A stretch of 63,672 nt of DNA, filler included, from Octopus bimaculoides (Eukaryota): NCBI RefSeq assembly GCF_001194135.2. It is 3 parts of 3 records of this genome, joined end to end, with 100 filler letters (N's around TTAATTAATTAA, not from the genome) between each part and the next. Parts side by side here need not be neighbours in the genome. Positions count along the whole stretch, not along the records: positions 1 to 30,316 come from NC_068984.1; 2 more parts are not named here. One strand, 5' to 3'. The notes under the pieces were generated by a model. It saw only the letters and a list, made by a program, of their open reading frames with translations, was not told where the DNA came from and did not search any database. How positions within the stretch are numbered: position 1 is the stretch's first letter; every line of letters starts with the position of its first letter. Positions 13,743-26,446 of this stretch are shown one piece after another. The translations under genes and the position numbers were made by a program.

Positions 13743-14192
13743 TGATTTAGGTTAATAGAAATATGTTTGTCACATGTTTCAACTGCTAAAGGCAAATACA
13801 CTGCAGTTACCATAGAGAAAAAAATCTCTTTTATGCTAAAAAGGTGTGAAAACACCCCGTTCGTTCAGTGTCGCCCTCTCTCGGAAATCTCAGACATCGA
13901 TCGGGCGATCTACTAGTGCAAATCAGTCAATGTGTTGGCTGAATTATATATAAAGCTATAAGCTTTATCAGTTCATTCAGGGTTGCCTGTCTTAGGTACA
14001 TCTCATCGACAAGAGTCAATAAACTCGAAACATCGATGTCTGAGATTGCCGAGAGAGGGCGACACTGAACGAACGGGGTGTTTTCACACCTTTTTACCAT
14101 AAGAGAGATTTTTTTCTCCATGGTAACTGCAGTGTATTTGCCTTTAGCAGTTGAAATACGTGACAAACATATTTCAACTAACCTAAATTGTG
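13741..14192. repeat. Foldback element/MITE with ~160-bp inverted arms (13741-13901, 14032-14192)
   Basis: The arms are near-perfect reverse complements (e.g. aaaggcaaatacactgcagttacc / ggtaactgcagtgtatttgccttt). Confidence 0.92.
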
Positions 14193-14221
14193 ATTATACA
14201 TAAACACTGCTTAGCACAATT

Positions 14222-14227
<6 letters not shown>

Positions 14228-14296
<69 letters not shown>

Positions 14297-14345
14297 TACA
14301 CATATGTATTTGTATGCATTTATATATACATCTATGTATATATGA
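14228..14345. repeat. (TA)n microsatellite
   Basis: Directly visible. Confidence 0.9.
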
Positions 14346-14709
14346 ACTCCTGCAGAGATTTCAAGACCTAAATTAACATTTCTGTTGGCACACACATTTA
14401 GCTACCAGTTGTAATCAGCTTTTTAATTGAACAATGCCAATGAATCACAGACTTTTTAATTACATATACCAGAGTAAACAATTCCAGGCAACTCTGTATA
14501 TAGACATTAGCCACAGATAAGTAGAAGTTGGCTATTTTTAACTTACTGCCTTGTTGTAAGTTTCTAAACAGTCATTTAATTAGTAATCCTGTTTAGTTTG
14601 TCATCATATTGTTTGTTGTTCAAATATAAAACTGCAAATAAATACTACGGAAAAGTGAAAACAAAATAACAAAATAAAAAACAACTTTAATCTGTGATAT
14701 TTTATTACT

Positions 14710-15020
14710 TATCTTTTACCTTTTACTTGTCTCAGTCATTGGACTACAGCCATCATGGGGCACTGCCTTGTAGTATTTAGTTGAATAAAGTGACTCCCCC
14801 CCCCCAGTATTTACTATTTTTTAAAGTCTCTAGTTATACTATTGATCTCTTTTGCCAAAATCCTAACTTATAGAGATGTATACAAACCAACACTGGTTGC
14901 CAAGCAGTGGGGGAATAAACACAAATACCCTCACACATATACATGTACTTACATGTACATGATGGACTTGTACAGTTTCTGCCTACCATATTCACTCAGA
15001 AGGCAGTGGTTGCTATAATT
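14710..15020 (-). mobile_element. Degenerate tRNA-derived SINE
   Basis: Reverse-complement similarity to the 3' two-thirds of 11283-11713. Confidence 0.6.
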
Positions 15021-15854
15021 GTGACTACATTGTTCCCAACCTTTACTGGTCAATGATTTAAGAATATTATTTCTTTGTTGTGGACAACCTGTTATTCTTC
15101 TACAGAATGGTAAGTGAATAATTCGGGCTCTTAGTGTTTTCGGTTGTTTCTCCAGAGATAGTTGATGGCCTGAATGTTGAACCTAGGCTGATCATGGAAC
15201 TGGATAGACCAAAGTCATATTTAATTTGTTGAGAGTTGCAATGAATCCTCAGCTTGAAAAACAATAATCATGTTGGGCATATATTAGTTCAGTCTATAAG
15301 TGACCAAATCTGTGTCAAGGTTTGAACAAAAAAATCTGTAAAATCCTCTACATATCTGATGAGTTTGAGTTGCTTATTACCTTCGGCTGGTGCTTTGAAT
15401 TTCTTACTATGATCTACCCCGATGTATCTATCATATCTACTGACCTACTAGAGGTCCTACTGTACTTATGTGCTATCCTTTCCTGTCCTTCAGTACGCAA
15501 TATTGAGTTTCTACCTTCTCCTTCTCTAAATATTGAGTAAGGCTGTTTATTAAATGACGCTGGGATTTCATGCCCTCTCATTTCAGTTTTACCCTATTAA
15601 CTTTTGGATTCTTGATTATATTAAGTTTTTGGTGCTTATTCAGCTGATCCATGACTGATTCTGATATGATCTACTTCTACACTATTTTTATTTGGGTGTG
15701 TCTTACAGTAACGTTCATCACTTCTTATTTCAGTATAGATTTAAAAAAATTTCTGTCATGCATTTTATGAACTGTAGTATCATTGATTATAGGGTGAACT
15801 TGGACATTTCTTATGTATCATATCTTCTACCAGGCAGGCACTACACTTTTAACA

Positions 15855-16127
15855 TTGCCAGTGCCCCTGGACAGGCTCTTGTGCGAGTGGCACATAAAAT
15901 ACACCATTTTGAGCGTGGCCGTTGCCAGTACCGCCTGACTGGCCTTCGTGCGGGTGACACATAAAAGCACCCACTACACTCTCTGAGTGGTTGGCGTTAG
16001 GAAGGGTATCCAGCTGTAGAAACTCTGCCAAATTAGATTGGAGCCTGGTGTTGCCATCCTGTTTCACCAGTCCTCAGTCAAATCGTCCAACCCATGCTAG
16101 CATGGAAGGCAGACGTTAAACAATGAT
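15855..16127 (+). mobile_element. RTE 3' UTR/tail copy
   Basis: Near-identical to 1-337. Confidence 0.88.
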
Positions 16128-16571
16128 ATATATATATATATATTCAGTTTGTTCATTGCTTATTGGTATCTTGTTCTGGATGGTAAGGGAAATGTTCATT
16201 AATCCTATTTCTGAAATATTTCATATAAAAGATTGATTGTGGGTAACTGATTTACATCCTGTCCAGTGGGTTCTTTTAGTGAAGTTCTCATTAATGCAAG
16301 TCTTTGAACTGGATTCTTACTTTCCTTCTCATTGACATTTCTCCTACGGATATTCAGACTGGGCATTGGCTAGAGCTATCTTACCAGTCTGGAAGAGCAT
16401 ACAAAGGTTGTGGTACTCTCTGTTCTTCTAATTAACTTTAAAAAAAAAATCTTTGCAACATTATTTGTTAAATTTTAATTGATTAAATTGTATTTTTTGT
16501 TTTCCATTTTTTTTTTTTTCAATATTCTAAAAATCTGCATTATATTTCTTTGAATTTCTGTCAAATTTCAG

Positions 16572-16664
16572 GTAAAATATTTTGATCGAAGAAGAGAATA
16601 TTTGAAATTTAAAGCCAAACTTGAACAAGAACAATCAGATCCTGTTGACAATGTTAAGTTATGA
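16572..16664 (+). CDS. COA6: COA6 exon 3 (VKYFDRRREYLKFKAKLEQEQSDPVDNVKL*)
   Basis: Acceptor tttcag at 16571. KYFDRRREYLKFK matches the COA6 C-terminus. AATAAA at 16714 and 16763. Confidence 0.95.
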   Translation, partial: VKYFDRRREYLKFKAKLEQEQSDPVDNVKL

Positions 16665-16915
16665 TATTTGTAAAATATGTTCCCATTCCAACCCCTCCAA
16701 CCAGCCATTGATGAATAAATGATAATTTCACATTCAGGTGAAAGTTTGTACATATTTGTTGAAATAAAACTAAAAAATGAATAGGATTTGATTTATTTTT
16801 TGCATGTTTGTGTTGTTTTGGTATCCATTTATCTCTTCTATTCTATTCTGTCTCATCATTTTTTAATGTCCATTCTCCATGCTGGCATATGTGTATATTC
16901 TTTTATTCTTTTATT

Positions 16916-17293
16916 CTTTTATTCTTTTACTTGTTTCAGTCATTTGACTGCAGCCATGCAGGAGCACCACCTTAAAGGGTTTTTTTTTTAGTTAAAGAAG
17001 TCAACCCCAGGACTTATTCTTTGTAAGCCAAATACTTATTCTGTCAGTGTCTTTTGCCGAACCAGTAAGTTACAGGGACATAAACACAACAGTATCGGTT
17101 GTCAAGTAATGGCCAGGGGACAAACACACACACACAGACACACACATAAATATATACAACTCCGCCTACTAAATCCACTCACAAGGCTTTGGTCGACCTG
17201 AGGCTATAGTAGAAGGTACTTGTCCAAGGTGTCACACAATGGGACTGAACTCAGAACCATGTGGTTGGGAAGCAAGCTTCTTACCACACAACC
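16916..17293 (-). mobile_element. tRNA-derived SINE
   Basis: Reverse complement of the 11283-11713 family. Confidence 0.85.
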
Positions 17294-17747
17294 ACACTCT
17301 GGAGAAGGGCCTAGGAGTGCAGAAACAATATGGGTGATGAGCAACAAATGAGTTAGGTGGATCTGGATTGAAGTGGCATAAGACTCAACCATATCCAAGG
17401 AGCAAAGTCCACTCTAGTCGTGGTAGAAAGATAGAGTGAGGAGATAGTACATCTGTGGGTTAGAAAATGAAGTGTGTTGGTGAACAACTCCATACCAATC
17501 AGTCAGGTAACCTTATCATTCTGGATGTCATCTAAGTTGTTCATGTTTGTAGTAACAGTAGTGGCTTCATTCCAGATGTAAGAGCAGTATTTCATTGTGG
17601 GTCTTATTTGAGAGTATCAGATGAGAACTGAAATATTTCCTGGTTCTAATGCAGAAAGCTAGTATTCAGGATTCAATTTTTACTATATCAGGAATGTGAG
17701 ATTACCAGAAATAATTATTAATGATTGTGAGACTTCACATTTCTTTT

Positions 17748-18150
17748 ATCTGTTACTTGTTTCAGTTATTGGACTTCAAGCATGCTTGGGCACTGCCTTG
17801 AAGGGTTTCAGTCAAACTGATTGATCCCAGTACTTATTTTTTAAAGACTGGTATTTATTTCATTGTTTTCTTTTGCTGAACTGCTAAGTCATGGGCATGT
17901 AAAAAAGAACCAACACACACACACACATAACTCTTTAACTTGTTTCAGCTTTAAAGCTGTGATCATGTTGGGGCACCACCGTTGGTTGTGCCACACACAT
18001 ATAAATGACAAGCTTCCGTACAGTTTCCAAGTACCAAATTCGCTCACAAGTCATTAGATAGCCTAGGGCTATATTAGAAGACACTTGCACAAGGTGTCAT
18101 ACAGTGGGACTGAGTCTGCAACCACATTATTGTAAAGCAGGTTTCTTAAC
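17748..18150 (-). mobile_element. Degenerate tRNA-derived SINE
   Basis: Reverse-complement similarity to 11283-11713. Confidence 0.6.
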
Positions 18151-18625
18151 CAACATCCATGAAGCAATTGTTGAAGGTCAACAGGGTTATCAAGGGCTCA
18201 GTCCCTGCACACAGCACATTCAAGTGTATGATGAAAATACTTCCCTGTCCTCCCAACCCCAGCAACAGCAAGACTGCAGTGGTAGAATATAAACCATGGA
18301 AATTTGCCTGTAACACTATCAAATTAGCTATGAGCCAAAGAAGGAGTCTAGGTAGTTGCTCAACCTGCTACAAAATAACAATGAAATCTCGAAAAATTAC
18401 ATTCTTCTGTCTTCAAAATAAGGAAGAACATAGACAATGTAGACTTTGATATACAGACAGAATGGTCATGGCTGGAAAGACCTCTAATCATAGGTCTGTC
18501 CAATCAGAGCTGATCTGGAACTAAGCATCAATAACTGCGACATCAGCACTACCAATAAAAATGAAAGTAACGAGTCTATGAAAAAATAGTAAATGCATTT
18601 TAATGAAAATATATAAAAATGTTTG

Positions 18626-18814
18626 TCATGTTACAATTGCTCCATAATCTTTCTTTTTCTGTACATCACTTGGTTCACTATTTATCGCAACATCATTTAC
18701 ATCTTCAGCCCATGATGCCTTTTTGGCAGAGCCAAAACAGAGGAATGTTGTTACACCTAATATATTCATTCCACAACCAACCCAAAATGCCTTTTTCCAT
18801 TGGTATAAAGAACT
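18626..18814 (-). CDS. SLC17/sialin-like MFS transporter, last exon (SSLYQWKKAFWVGCGMNILGVTTFLCFGSAKKASWA...*)
   Basis: Strong polypyrimidine-CAG acceptor at 18815. W..VF...F..FGS....WA is the SLC17 TM12 motif. In frame with the upstream exon. Confidence 0.9.
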   Translation of the reverse strand, partial: SSLYQWKKAFWVGCGMNILGVTTFLCFGSAKKASWAEDVNDVAINSEPSDVQKKKDYGAIVT

Positions 18815-18905
18815 CTGCAAAGAAAAAAAAAAAATATATATATATATAAATAAATATGTTATTTAACTTTAAAAATAGTCGAGAAACAGGCATTCATACT
18901 AATAC

Positions 18906-18947
<42 letters not shown>

Positions 18948-18957
18948 NNNNNNNNNN

Positions 18958-19287
18958 TTTAGTCGAGCAAATCGACCCCAGGACTTATTCTTTGGAAGCC
19001 TAGTACTTATTCTATCGGTCTCTTTTGCCGAACCACTAAGTTACGGGGACGTAAACACACCAGCATCGGTTGTCAAGCGATGTTGGGGAGACAAACATAC
19101 ACACACACATACATACATATATACGACGAGCTTCTTTCAGCTTCTGTCTAGCAAATCCACTCACAAGGCTTTGGTTGGCCCGAGGCTATAGTAGAAGACA
19201 CTTGCCCAAGATGCCATGCAGTGGGACTGAACCCAGAACCATGTGGTTGGTAAGCAAGCTACTTACCACATAGCCACTCCTGTGCCT
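18958..19287 (-). mobile_element. tRNA-derived SINE (tail lost in N gap)
   Basis: Reverse complement of 11283-11713. Confidence 0.85.
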
Positions 19288-21535
19288 ATATGAATATCAT
19301 TAAGAGAACATATTCGAAATGAGCTAATTTGAGAATGGAGTAGAGTGAACAATGTTATAGCAGGGTAACAGAACCACAAGTTCCACTGGGATGATATGTC
19401 ACAAGGTTCACAGACAACAGGTGAATCCATGTAGTTGCTGACTGGTATCCCAAGAGATTGGAAAAGGCCTCCATAATGATGGGAAGATGATTTGGTCAAG
19501 CAATTTGGATCAAGATGGAAAGAGTGGTGCAATCAAGATGAAATTTGAAGCACATTGTGACCGGCTGTGTATAACAGCATTCAATGGCCTGGTCAATATT
19601 GTAATATATGAATATATGTGTTTGGGTGTAAAAATATTCAGTATATACAAACAGAGTTTATTTAAGTGAGTAGCCACATAGCTCCTCTACTGCAAGAAAC
19701 TTATTCTAATCTAGTCCTTTCTTTCAGATTTTTAACCCCTCATTGTCTAGCATAAAGCTGCTTCCCTCTCTACTGTAACAACACTCAGTTAAAGAGAATC
19801 TTACAATTGTAAGCTACATGGTGACCTCACCAGTACTGGTACCACAAGAAGAGCACCAGTGCATACTATAAAGTGATTGGCATTAGGAAACCACACCAAA
19901 GCAGATGTAAGAGCATGATGCAGTCCTCAGGTCCATTGGATCCTGTCAAACATTCCAACCCATGCAGATGTGGATTGATGATGATGATGATGATGGTGAC
20001 AATTCACTGTCACTGCTCTGAGTTTCATGCTTTTAGACATGTTGAAGCAGCAGAAAGCCAAATGAAGAATGTAAATATATGTTGGAAAAAAAACCCCCTC
20101 TAACTACAGAAAACATAGTAAACAATATCTATCAAAGTACTTTTAATCTATCCTCCAAAAGGAATATATTCAGTTGTGCAACACACACCACTACAATGCT
20201 ACATTGAAAAGGAGCATGTATGAAAGAAAATTAGAATATCTGGAACAAATCCCACACAGTAGTTAGAAAAGACAGATCATCTAGTGTAGCCTCACAGAAC
20301 AGAGAATGCAATATGACATGAAATGTTCTGTTAATGATTTAAAAAGAACAAAAAATTTGACACATTTCTCTGCTAGCTATAACTCTCATAAGCTCTTTAA
20401 TAAGAAAAATGTGAAAGTTAGCTAAAGTTGCTTGAAAAACTCCATGGCTCAAATATTCCATTATATCTAAAGGCAATATGCTATACCACCACCATCAGGG
20501 CTGCACCAGGCTCCAGTCATCTCTTTTAGCATGGTTCCTGTGGCCGGATGCTCTTTGTAACACCAACTACTTTACAGAGTGTACTCTGTGCATTTTATGT
20601 GACACCAGCATGGTTGATTTTTACGTGGTGCCAGCATGGGCACTTCTTATGCCACACAAGCTTGGGTACTTTTCATGTAGCACCAGCATGGGTGCTTTTT
20701 ACACGACACCAACTTGCAGACAGCTTTCCAAGAAGTAGTTATAACCTCTACATAGTAGTAATTTTCTTTCACATAGTACCTACGACAACATTCTGTGTGA
20801 AAGATCAGTAATTTGATCACCTCTAACTATATTTACATAACATTTCCCTCTGCAATCAACTTGTAGGCCTATATACTGTTGTGTACTCCGCCCTAAGACT
20901 TTCAAAATATATCTTACCAACAAAAGATATGAAGGACAAATCACAAATTGCAGGGGAGGGAGTATAACCCAGTACACAACTAGTGCTTATTTTATCAATC
21001 CCCAAGAGGAGTATGAGATGTTTTGGCAGAGCCATTTTGGTGCCAGATTTAATACTGACATATTTAACTTCAGATTTTAATGGGTTCCTTTTCCCTCTCT
21101 CTGAAAGTGTGTATATATTTCTGCACATGCATGCATGTGATTGCTTCTAGTCCAAAAAAGTACTATCACCAAAACAGGCTAAACGTCCAGTCAGCCATTC
21201 CAAAATCGTCAGCATCCAAACAGTGGCACCCAAGTGTCTCATTCTGCTCAAGATTGATGAAAAGTAGACTATACTGAAATTTGAACTCTATACAAAGGAG
21301 GATTACACTAATTACTGCAAGGCATTTAATTTGAAACTATATCATTCTTGCCACAATCCTGAGCTTGGTGTGGGAACGATCCATTTTTAATTTGTAGGTA
21401 TTTTAATCTCTTAATAGGCAAACCAGATATATATTTTTATTAGAAAAGAAATATGTTGGAAAATATAATCTCTGAAAATAAATTAAAAACCAGAGTTGAT
21501 GTTTTAAGAATGTTCTTTCTAGATATTATGCTTAC

Positions 21536-21621
21536 CTCATCTTTGAGTATAGCTCCAGTAACATAAGGCCCCATCACACCTGATAAATTAGCAACAGAGT
21601 TTGCAATTCCATATATGAAAC
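21536..21621 (-). CDS. SLC17-like exon (G-FIYGIANSVANLSGVMGPYVTGAILKDE)
   Basis: TAG acceptor and GTAAGC donor, phase 1 to 0. Matches the SLC17 TM11 pattern G..N....G...P...G. Confidence 0.9.
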
Positions 21622-21710
21622 CTAAATAGGGAAATATAAATATATATAACTAAAACATTATACATGATAAAAAGAAAAGAATGAAAAATTTTTATAATAA
21701 TAATAACAAG

Positions 21711-22012
21711 ATCACTCAGTGCAAACCTCCACCAAGACAACACCAACGGTTAGCTGGAGATGAGTTTTAAAATTAGAATATCTGAAATAAACTTGACTGC
21801 TCTCAAAAATTAAGTGAAAAAAGAACAGGAAAAATAATCCAGAATCCTTCTCCGGATTGATCCAAAAATCTAATCAGTTCGTGCCAGTCACGAGGCCAGA
21901 CATCCTTGAAAGTTTCATTTGAATCCATCCAGCAGTTCTTGAAATATCTTGTCCATGGACAAACAAACATGACTGAAAACAATACCTTTGCCTTCGTTAA
22001 GGCAGAGGTAAT
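21711..22012 (-). mobile_element. Helentron-like non-autonomous element (HINE/DINE-1 type)
   Basis: Reverse complement of 52577-52955, with the 5' acctctgcctt..aaggc palindrome and 3' inverted repeat plus short hairpin. Confidence 0.7.
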
Positions 22013-22024
22013 AACATCTATCTC

Positions 22025-22590
22025 TATCCAGGCAGTGGCTCTCATGGCTTCTGATCTTAACTGATTAGAAGTGTTATCATGTATATTGTTTTGTCTTGGT
22101 ATAAAACATGGGCTACAGAAAATATTATGCTCAATGCCACAGATTTGTTTGTCAGTTGTTTGACCTTAGCCAATTGAGCATGTCCCTTGGTGGCTGATGA
22201 TATGTGCATCTCTGATCACGAGCAGAAGTAGTTGGGGAGCATCATAGTCATGTATTGAGAGGAATTCTTTGAGGTTTGAATAATTCACCTCTGGAAACAT
22301 GGGTGTTTCATTCAACATCCTTAAACAATCCTTATTCAGGAACCTTTCGAGCAGGATGGGCTACTTGACCTGAAGAAAATTCTAACTGGGTGCTACCTGC
22401 AAGATCATGCACTGTTTATATTAATATGATATCACCATGTCACGCACGTATGGTTGTGATGCATGTGCCTGGTATACCCTTATCAGATGAGTAGTTATGA
22501 CAGGTATACTGGGCTTTGTATATTTGTACCCCAGTGTTACTTTGATGGCATGCACCGCTCTCTCACTCGATAATAATAATAATAATAATG
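22025..22590. mobile_element. Probable interspersed repeat ending in a (TAA)n tract, family unresolved
   Basis: GC-richer ~550-bp block with a terminal (taa)n. Single copy in this window. Confidence 0.35.
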
Positions 22591-22754
22591 GTTTCAAATT
22601 AGCACAAGGCCAGAAATTTCAGGGAATGGGGTAAGTTGATTATATTGACCACAGTATTCATCTAGTACTTATTTTATCAGCCTTGAAAAAATGAAAAGAG
22701 TTAAACAGCAACAAAAAACAACTGATGATAAATAAGCATTTTGAACATTCTTAC

Positions 22755-22910
22755 CAGCATATTTTGGTGCAATGTCAATAATTGTTACAGATGTTCCACC
22801 ATCGGAGAATGAACCAAATCCATAGGCAACAATTAACATAATTTCAACATAACTTCTCCTGCAACCCAAATATACAACTGCCAGCATACCCAAAGTCTCA
22901 AGAAGAAGAC
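22755..22910 (-). CDS. SLC17-like exon (G-LLLETLGMLAVVYLGCRRSYVEIMLIVAYGFGSFSDGGTSVTIIDIAPKYA-G)
   Basis: CAG acceptor and GTAAGA donor, 156 nt, phase 1 to 1. DIAPxYAG is an SLC17 signature. Confidence 0.93.
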
Positions 22911-24249
22911 CTGCCAGAAGACAAAATAAATATTATTGGTTTCAGTTAATTTCTAAGGCTAAAGCAATCAGGGGATTGAACAACTATTGGTATTACTGGT
23001 AGAATTATTGATAGTATTATAGATAGAACTACTTTTGTATTACTGAAAGAATTAATGATAAAAATATTAATAGAAATATACTATAGATAGTATTATTAAC
23101 AAAACTACTTATAGTTTTACTGATAGTAATATCAATAGAACTATATATACTATAGACAGTATTATTGATAGAATTATAGTTTTACTAATAGAACTACTTA
23201 CAGTATTGCTGATAGTACTATTAAGAGAACTATACTATAGATAGCAGTACTGATAGAAGAGCTAATAGCATAAAAATGTAGAAGGCTGAATTTAGATGTG
23301 GGAAGGATCACGATGTTTGGGATATCTGCATTTGATTAGAGATATGTGTAGGTAATGAGATTAATTGTTGTAGAAAGTACAGAAATGCAAAAACATTCAA
23401 CTTCTGTTTTGGTTGCATGCATGAGAGGAGTACAAGAACTAAAATGAGTTGTAAGCATAAGAGAGAGGTGGTGGTGCAGGGTGAGGCAGATGTCCTTGAT
23501 AAAGGATGTGAGATGGCAGAACAGATGTTGCTGGTGTTCAGAAAGTGGAAGGCAGATGAGACCTCTGTCATTCTTGGCCCCTGGGCCATATCCCTGCTCA
23601 CTGCTACCAGGGCAAAGATTGTTGTCTGCAAGTGCAGGTCCTGTGAGTCAGATTGGCTGTTCCAGTGCATCTCCCCTCGTTATCCTGTGGAGCAATGCCT
23701 TTTTCATTTTGTCGTCTGGTGCCATGAGGAATGTTTCCATATTGTGAGACCTTAGACCAACTGGCCAACCTACATACAATCTTATATACATGAATAGCTC
23801 TGGGTGAAGTAGGGAGCAGATTTAGAAAAGTGAGGAAGATCGACTCTGAGATAGAGTGAGAGGAAGTTATTGTTGCTGATAACCAAACCAAGTGAAAGAC
23901 ATAAGTAGTAGAGAGAGCAGAGTCCACGTATATCTAGGCATCGTCTTTCAAACAAAGTGGGATTGTAGAATATAGTCTTGATGGGTTGGAGATAAGGACT
24001 GCGGGAATTTGTTTTAGAGGAGAATAACAGGATGTGTATAAGAATGAGATAATTGGGGTGGGGGAGAGCAGTCAGGGTAGTCCAGGTTGGACCAGAGTCA
24101 CAAATGTTTGTAAAGAGAAGAAAAAATTGTCCAGCATTCCTATGCAAGTGTAAATATGACTGTTTGGTTAAGAAGTTTGCTTTGCAAGTATGTAATTTTC
24201 AGTTTTATTCCACAAACCCTTGCCAGCAGGGAAAACGGTTGTTAAATGA

Positions 24250-24283
<34 letters not shown>

Positions 24284-24576
24284 GGTTATGGTGATGTTGT
24301 TGTTGTTGTCCAATGTACAGATGCACAGGAAAAAACAGATGTAAAAATGCAATGAAAAGTTTGAAAATATGTTTCATTAAGTTTTGGTTTTGGTTTGGCT
24401 GTGAATAAGTGACAAGGGAACCATGTGACATGAGTTGCACAGCAAATGAATCTATTAACTCTTTGTTTGGACAGATAATATGCCTAAACAGCTGGTAAAG
24501 AAGAATGGTACATTTGGCATTGAGTACAATAGATATCTGATTTGAATTGAATTCAGTAAATGAATACGAAACTTAC

Positions 24577-24706
24577 CACAAGCAGCAAAAATCTTGCGTA
24601 CAACTGTGATATTCACTCCCTTGTTGAGTAACACGTCTGCTAGAATGCCACTGACGATGGACATGAATAATGCTGCTACATATGGTAAGGAGGAGAATAT
24701 ACCATT
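24577..24706 (-). CDS. SLC17-like exon (NGIFSSLPYVAALFMSIVSGILADVLLNKGVNITVVRKIFAAC-G)
   Basis: CAG acceptor and GTAAGT donor, 130 nt. NG..S.LPY...G.LAD.L....T.VRK is an SLC17 motif. Confidence 0.93.
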
Positions 24707-25072
24707 CTGTTGAAGAAAAGATTATACACAATATAAGATGAAACTCACTGAAATTTCAAAACCTCAATGTACTTGAGGGCTGATCCCTGATGTTATGGGA
24801 TCAAATATGCATTCAGTATTATTCATGTTGAGCAGTGGTTTTCAAAACTTTTCAGGCTGATGCTCCCTTGACACCCAGTGCCCTCACCTCAACTAACCAT
24901 CACAAACATAGACTTCTTTCTGAAGCAAATTCAACGCAATAGTATTTCACAAATAAAACTTAACCCAATGAACCCATTATTTTGTTGTTTTTACATGAAT
25001 CATTACCCCGTTATTGCCCCTCTTTTTACATGAACTACTCCATCATTATCGTCCCACTTTCCTTAAATGTCC

Positions 25073-25325
25073 TCTTAGAACTTTCCACTGCAGCGAGCTG
25101 GCACAAACGTTAGCACGCCAGGTGAAATGCTTAGCGGTATTTCGTCTGCCGTTACGTTCTGAGTTCAAATTCCGCCGAGGTCGACTTTGCCTTTCATCCT
25201 TTCAGGGTCGATAAATTAAGTACCAGTTACGCACTGGGGTCGATCTAATCGACTTAATCCGTTCGTCTGTCCTTGTTTGTTCTCTCTATGTTTAGCCCCT
25301 TGTGGGCAATAAAGAAATAAGAACT
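25073..25325 (+). mobile_element. Second tRNA-like SINE family, well-preserved copy
   Basis: gctggcacaaacgttagc...gttctgagttcaaattccgccgaggtcgac (B-box-like). Many diverged copies in the window. Confidence 0.8.
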
Positions 25326-25710
25326 TTCCACTGCTCCCAGGGAGGCAATATTGCCCACTTTGGGAACCACTGATGTTAAGGTATGTAAGAATTTTTGGGA
25401 AATTTAACACACAGTGATAGTAAATAAACAACAATGTATAACAAATGTATGAGTGCAGCTATGAGCATTAACAGCTAAGCTTAAAAGGATGACCAAAGTT
25501 ATAGAAGATAAACATGAACTATATTGGTATTACTAGTTTGTTGCTTCATCGAAATTTTATAAATCGTTTCAGGCAACTTCGCTAACAGTAAGTGTTACAA
25601 CCTATAGTCAACTGGTTAGGCAGAGATACAGCAGTAAAACCACTTGTAACCAGATGCAAATATCCATAGCTACACCTATGTAGTGCACCTGAGCATTATA
25701 TACAATAATT

Positions 25711-25748
<38 letters not shown>

Positions 25749-25927
25749 TAAAAATCATTGAACTCATGGGAAAATGAGTTTCAAAGAAAACATTATTTGA
25801 AATAAAATGAAAAAGATTAAAAAATGCACACACACACACAGCGATAACATTGGAAATTCACATTAGTTTCCCTATTCTGCTAGTGAGAAGAAAGTGAAGG
25901 AAGGAGCCATCAAAAAATGCTGTTTAA

Positions 25928-26124
25928 CCCTTTTGATACTAACCTGTCTGAAACTGCTTCTGGCTCTGTAGTACAAATGTCTTGTTTTCAAAAGTTCTGA
26001 ATTAGAATCTTCCACCAAACCTTAGTCACAATTTATGTTCCTAACACTAGCTTAATGATAACTAAGTTATTTTACTAAATTATTTGTTATATTGAAAATT
26101 AAGAAACACAGAGTATCTCAACAG

Positions 26125-26156
<32 letters not shown>

Positions 26157-26446
26157 GTTTAACGTCCGCTTTCCATGCTAGCATGGGTTGGACGATTTGA
26201 CTGAGGACTGGTGAAACCGGATGGCAACACCAGGCTCCAGTCTGATTTGGCAGAGTTTCTACAGCTGGATGCCCTTCCTAACGCCAACCACTCAGAGAGT
26301 GTAGTGGGTGCTTTTACGTGTCACCCGCACGAAAACGGCCACGCTCGAAATGGTGTCTTTTATGTGCCACCCGCACAAGCCAGTCCAGGGGCACTGGCAA
26401 CGATCTCGCTCGAAAATCCTACAGGAGCCAGATGGTAACAAAAGGG
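25928..26446. mobile_element. piggyBac-type MITE (TTAA TSD, CCCTTTTG TIR) interrupted by an RTE tail
   Basis: TTAA-CCCTTTTG at 25924-25935 and CAAAAGGG-TTAA at 26439-26450. Uninterrupted inverted copy at 38931-39170. Confidence 0.85.
26128..26430 (-). mobile_element. RTE 3' UTR/tail inserted in the piggyBac MITE
   Basis: Reverse complement of 1-337. Confidence 0.9.

Noticed and set aside
23300-24030. Overlapping 88-121 aa ORFs on both strands
   Set aside because: No consistent protein identity. Likely a decayed LINE fragment within an SLC17 intron.
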